A stretch of 64,000 nt of DNA from an uncultured Gammaproteobacteria bacterium (GTDB lineage Bacteria; Patescibacteriota; Patescibacteriia; UBA9934; CAZDDW01), in assembly GCA_965231015.1 (NCBI GenBank), contig OZ246408.1:793908-857907 (forward strand). The letters are read 5' to 3'. Positions 59,929 to 64,000 of this stretch are shown here, one piece after another; the first letter of the stretch is position 1, and each line of letters starts with the position of its first letter. Both the position numbers and the translations under genes were made by a program. Below the pieces are notes generated by a model. That model was not told the DNA's origin. It did not search any database and was given only the letters and a program-made list of their open reading frames with translations.

Positions 59929-60108
59929 ATGAAAACAAAGGAAGAGATCCAATACAAGAAAAAGCTTAAAGAAATTGAGGTTCAGCTCAAAAAATTGCAA
60001 ACCCAATTTAATAACATTAGAAAACGAGCTCGGGATTCGAAAGCCAAAGCAATATCAACTGATGATGCCGGTAAAATTGCCAAAATCAGGAAACAACTTG
60101 GACTATAG
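59929..60108 (+). CDS. 59-aa basic coiled-coil peptide (not in ORF track)
   Basis: MKTKEEIQYKKKLKEIEVQLKKLQ...IAKIRKQLGL*; TATAAT at about 59900; stop lies in the terminator arm. Confidence 0.7.
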   Translation: MKTKEEIQYKKKLKEIEVQLKKLQTQFNNIRKRARDSKAKAISTDDAGKIAKIRKQLGL

Positions 60109-60157
60109 TGACACAAAAACACCTCGCGTAAGCGAGGTGTTTTTGTGTCACTATAGT
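60102..60157. terminator. perfect 26-bp-stem hairpin, bidirectional terminator
   Basis: ACTATAGTGACACAAAAACACCTCGC-gtaa-GCGAGGTGTTTTTGTGTCACTATAGT. Confidence 0.85.
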
Positions 60158-60165
60158 TGAAATGA

Positions 60166-61491
60166 TTATGTTTCTGTTTGCCTTTTGTTCTCTTGAGCAG
60201 AAGCGTATTGCTTGATTTGTTCACCTAAATTTTCTTGTATTTGTTGAACAGCGTTAATAACTTGCTGTCGATCTTCGGATGCTTCTGCTTTTCGTAGTTC
60301 TGTTTTATAAATTATTGCTTCACGCATAAGAGTGTCGGCCATATCTGTTTTCACTTCATCTTTTATTTCACTGACTCTGTCTGCCCATTCATCAATTTTA
60401 TCAACCATTTCCTTCTGACCGGGTACAGATTCGGCTACGCTATAACCAAATGACATCCCGCTCTTTAGTGCGTCTTCTGTTGATCCTCCATGTTTCTCAT
60501 CAAAATCCTTAATACTCACCCCATCTGCCTCGAAAATCTTTTTTCTTTGATCAAATATTTGCTTTCGTGTTGCCTCATCAATATTTGGGTCATTAAGGTT
60601 TGCCTCTGCTAGTTTCTTTTTAAATACTTTTCGTTCTCGTCCAGCAGGGATATTCTCTAGAATCTGATCCATCACTTGAGCTGCTTTGGGTTTTTCACTT
60701 TCTATTCGTTTATCTGCTTCTGCTTTAAATGCTTCTAATGTAACATCAACTAAATCTTTTGCGTCTTCTTTACCGCTTATTGCTGCAGTTTGTTCAATTG
60801 TACCTGAACCTGCTATATCCTCAATATTTCGTCTAGATTGTTCTCCGCGCGAAGAAATAAACTCACTAGGTTGTGTTTTACTTTCCCATCTTGACTTAGA
60901 TAACGCACTACTCCAATCTTCGTCAGGATTTTGCACCCCGTCCTTTAATGCAACAAGATGCTGTCGAAAACTATCAGGAATGTTTGTTGCCGGATCATCT
61001 AAAACGTCTTGCAACCCATTGGTGATATTATCTATAGAGTCTTGTAACCCAGAAGCTTCTTGTGTCTCTGCAGCAGGCTCTTCTGTTTCCCCTGCTTCTT
61101 CTGTCTCCTCAGATTCTTCAGCAACCTCAATATCCTCATCTTCTTCAAGAGCCTTAATCTCGGCATCAATCCTGACTACCTCAACTTGTAATGCTTCAAA
61201 TTTTTGAGTGGCTTCTGTAGCCTCAGTTTTAATAGCATCAATCTCGGCAGCAGCTTCGGGATCAAGGTTCTCTCCCATTTCTTTTGCGAACGCTTCTGCT
61301 TCGGCAATAGCTTCACTAGCTTCTGCTGCTCTGGCTTCTACCTTCATAAGCTCCGCTTCAACAGCTTCACGTTCGGCCTGAAGTTCTCCTCGCTCTTCAG
61401 CTTTGGCTTGTTCAGCAGCCGCCTCTGCCTTTCTGGAGTCCCCAGCCTCCTGTTTGGCTCGCATAGCTGCGAGTCTTTCTTTCATACTCAT
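60166..61491 (-). CDS. acidic Ala/Glu-rich coiled-coil hypothetical protein
   Basis: 441-aa ORF with heptad-like A/E-rich N-terminal half; no signal peptide or TM. Confidence 0.8.
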   Translation of the reverse strand: MSMKERLAAMRAKQEAGDSRKAEAAAEQAKAEERGELQAEREAVEAELMKVEARAAEASEAIAEAEAFAKEMGENLDPEAAAEIDAIKTEATEATQKFEALQVEVVRIDAEIKALEEDEDIEVAEESEETEEAGETEEPAAETQEASGLQDSIDNITNGLQDVLDDPATNIPDSFRQHLVALKDGVQNPDEDWSSALSKSRWESKTQPSEFISSRGEQSRRNIEDIAGSGTIEQTAAISGKEDAKDLVDVTLEAFKAEADKRIESEKPKAAQVMDQILENIPAGRERKVFKKKLAEANLNDPNIDEATRKQIFDQRKKIFEADGVSIKDFDEKHGGSTEDALKSGMSFGYSVAESVPGQKEMVDKIDEWADRVSEIKDEVKTDMADTLMREAIIYKTELRKAEASEDRQQVINAVQQIQENLGEQIKQYASAQENKRQTET

Positions 61492-61524
61492 ATAACCGAA
61501 AAAAAAATATTTTATAGGATCAGC

Positions 61525-61552
61525 TTAGCTTATTTTAGACGGATTTGCAAAT
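61525..61552 (-). repeat. second copy of the 28-bp promoter repeat
   Basis: TTAGCTTATTTTAGACGGATTTGCAAAT; TTGCAA-17-TAAGCT on minus strand. Confidence 0.75.
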
Positions 61553-61692
61553 ATACTTTGGGGACTCTTCACTCCAGCCAACTTGTTGGCGTGCGCCATC
61601 GGATCGAACTCAACCCCTGACCCCGATTTTACCTGTTTAACCTTTAGCGTTAAAATTTATTCGCGGTTACACTCATCCCTCCCATCCATAAC

Positions 61693-64000
61693 TCACTGTT
61701 TAACTACTTCCTTACGTACATGACTATACATCCGCTCTCCAAAGAACGTTTTCAACTCCGGATTCTTATCAAGCTTTTTATAAAAATCCATTTTTTGCTT
61801 AAACATGTTAATCAACTCATTCTGTAACACCTGATCAAATTTAATTTTAGCAGCATCCACAGAATTATTCTTAATTGCTCCCTGTACAGAAATATCACTT
61901 ACTAATTTCTCTGCAATGCGACCGATATCAACAATATCCTCAGCTGTAAACTCAGTTCCAAACCGGTCATTCATCTCTTTAACGATCGCTGACAAAGACT
62001 CTTTTTCTTCAATCTTCTTTTTTGTATCCCCATTGTTCATTGGTTCAAGTTGACCATCTTCTGAATCCAACTGGATTGTACCCTTGATTTGTTCCAATAA
62101 TTTATATGATTCAATATCCACACTTTCCAGAATTTCTGTAGGAAGTTCTTCTTTCACCTTGGGCAACTTCTTGGCGAGTAACTTGGTAAACATAAACAGT
62201 TTCTCCAACTCACTACTCTCATATGGAATGATCTGTGCTGCAAAAGCAAATCGACGCACGAATTCTTTACACTTCTTTTTGAAATCATCCCGCAATTCAT
62301 CAGTCTCATCCTCGAAACGCTCAACAACAATGTCCAGAGCAGCATTTATCTTATCCGGACCTTGATTCTTTAATAAATCATCAACCAAACCGGACACTTC
62401 ATGTTCGGTAAATAATTTGAAAGCGTACAAATCGCGCTCAAGATCATGCAATAAGTTCGGATCTGTACCTTCAGAAAGAACAGTGGTGATATAGTACGGC
62501 TGAAACGCCTCTTTAATTTCATCCATCTCATTCACAAAATCTAAAACAAAAACCTCTTCTTTGCCGGCCCGACAACGGTTTAATCTTCCCAGAGCCTGAA
62601 CTGCCCCTACACCACTCAATTTCTTATCAACGTACATTACATCTAACAATGGCTGATCAAAACCGGTTTGAAATTTTTCAGCCACAATCAAGAACTTATT
62701 ACTATTCTTCTTAAATTCCTCGGCTGTTGCTTGGTCAGGTACGCCATTCATTTGAGCTTCCGTGTATTCGGCACCACCATCTCTTACTGTTCCAGAAAAA
62801 GCAACCAGTGCTTTAAAAGGATAATTATGCTCAGCAAGATATTTATCAAAAGCCTGCTTGTATCGAACGGCATGCAGCCGTGACTTTGTTACTACCATCG
62901 CCTTAGCCTTACCATGAATCTGTTTGGCAATTCGATTATTAAAATGCTCAATCATTACCTCGGTTTTCTTTCCAATGGCATGTTCGTGCTTCTCGACATA
63001 CCCAATTAAAAGTCGTTGTGCTTTGCTCTTCTCAAACTCTGGATCATCTTCAATAGACTTCATTAAATTAAAGTACGCCTTATAGGTTGTGTAGTTTTTT
63101 AGAACATCCAAAATAAAGCCTTCCTCAATCGCTTGTTTCATTGAATACAAGCTAAACGGATAGTATTTTCCGTCTAGTGGATTCTTTGTCCCGAACAACT
63201 CCAGTGTCCGTTGCTTTGATGTAGCTGTAAAGGCAAAAAAGCTAATATTTGGGGTCTTTACTTTACGTGACCGCAGCTTCTTAATCACTTTGTCTTCCGT
63301 TGTCTCAGGGGCAAATGACTCTTCCTGATTTTCCGCTTCATCCAAACTATCAGTCTGCAACACCTCGCGCAGCTGAGCCGCCTGATCTCCGGATTGCGAA
63401 GAATGAGCTTCGTCAATCAATACCGCAAAATTCCTTCCGGGAATATTTTCAATCGTGTCGATAATAAACGGGAACTTCTGAAGCGTGGTAATAATAATCT
63501 GCTCACCGGATTCCAATGCTTCCTTTAGTTCGGTTGAATTTTCTGTGATCGCTTTTACCACACCTTGAACCTGCTCATACTGTTTGATTATATCTCTAAG
63601 CTGTTTATCAAGCACTCGTCGATCAGTAATAACAAGGATGGTATCAAAAATTCTTATATTGTCCTCGTTGTAGAGCTCGGATAACTGATGAGCCGTCCAA
63701 GCGATAGTGTTACTTTTCCCACTGCCGGCACTATGTTGGATCAAATAATTCTGGCCTGACTCATTTTCCTGAGCATCACTAATAAGCCTTTGAACCGTGT
63801 CGCGTTGATGATAACGTGGAAAAATTAGAGTTTCTGTCTTGTATTTTTTCCCTTTGTCGTCTTCCTTTTCTTCAATTTGGATCGTAATATACTTTTTTAT
63901 CAACTCTAAAACACTATCGCGTGTCCAAACATCCTCCCATAAGTATGAGGTTTTATAACCATTTTCAACCGGTGGATTACCCGCGCCGTTTTGATAACCT
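61693..64000 (-). CDS. hsdR: type I restriction endonuclease subunit R, 5' partial
   Basis: HSAGSGKS, DEAH, FQTGFDQP, RLNR; frame stays open to the window edge (GAGNPP..GYKTSYLWE). Confidence 0.95.
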   Translation of the reverse strand, partial: GYQNGAGNPPVENGYKTSYLWEDVWTRDSVLELIKKYITIQIEEKEDDKGKKYKTETLIFPRYHQRDTVQRLISDAQENESGQNYLIQHSAGSGKSNTIAWTAHQLSELYNEDNIRIFDTILVITDRRVLDKQLRDIIKQYEQVQGVVKAITENSTELKEALESGEQIIITTLQKFPFIIDTIENIPGRNFAVLIDEAHSSQSGDQAAQLREVLQTDSLDEAENQEESFAPETTEDKVIKKLRSRKVKTPNISFFAFTATSKQRTLELFGTKNPLDGKYYPFSLYSMKQAIEEGFILDVLKNYTTYKAYFNLMKSIEDDPEFEKSKAQRLLIGYVEKHEHAIGKKTEVMIEHFNNRIAKQIHGKAKAMVVTKSRLHAVRYKQAFDKYLAEHNYPFKALVAFSGTVRDGGAEYTEAQMNGVPDQATAEEFKKNSNKFLIVAEKFQTGFDQPLLDVMYVDKKLSGVGAVQALGRLNRCRAGKEEVFVLDFVNEMDEIKEAFQPYYITTVLSEGTDPNLLHDLERDLYAFKLFTEHEVSGLVDDLLKNQGPDKINAALDIVVERFEDETDELRDDFKKKCKEFVRRFAFAAQIIPYESSELEKLFMFTKLLAKKLPKVKEELPTEILESVDIESYKLLEQIKGTIQLDSEDGQLEPMNNGDTKKKIEEKESLSAIVKEMNDRFGTEFTAEDIVDIGRIAEKLVSDISVQGAIKNNSVDAAKIKFDQVLQNELINMFKQKMDFYKKLDKNPELKTFFGERMYSHVRKEVVKQ

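Overview
Bacterial chromosomal window in standard code 11 (TGA is used as a stop). Gene content and protein families point to a Patescibacteria/CPR genome, most likely class ABY1; this is an inference from VirB2/TrbC-like pilin domains, a GAGC lipobox, LLQVExHGEAWYV repeats, a GAD-less AspRS, a truncated Rel and mostly Shine-Dalgarno-free starts. Housekeeping genes include pyk, htrA, nrdR, ftsZ, ftsA, ybeY, rpsU, hisS, lepB, der, pth, dprA, topA, rel, parAB, scpAB, aspS, asnS and five tRNAs. The main highlight is a 14.7-kb minus-strand block with two pilin-fused surface proteins (one 3328 aa with Ig/IPT, Cys-rich, pseudopilin-like and vWA parts) and three single-pass TSP3-like Ca-binding proteins, running directly into ybeY-dgkA-ftsA. 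Other highlights are a Hanks kinase with a 120-aa activation-segment insert, a 6S-like RNA between nrdR and ftsZ, and a ~30-bp REP-like element seen as both filled and empty sites and over tRNA CCA ends. The window also has repeat-flanked four-helix-bundle relics, a Doc/HTH toxin-antitoxin pair with a palindromic operator, a 1.7-kb segment bounded by a duplicated promoter, and a partial type I RM hsdR at the right edge. All family calls rest on motifs read by eye; no searches were run.
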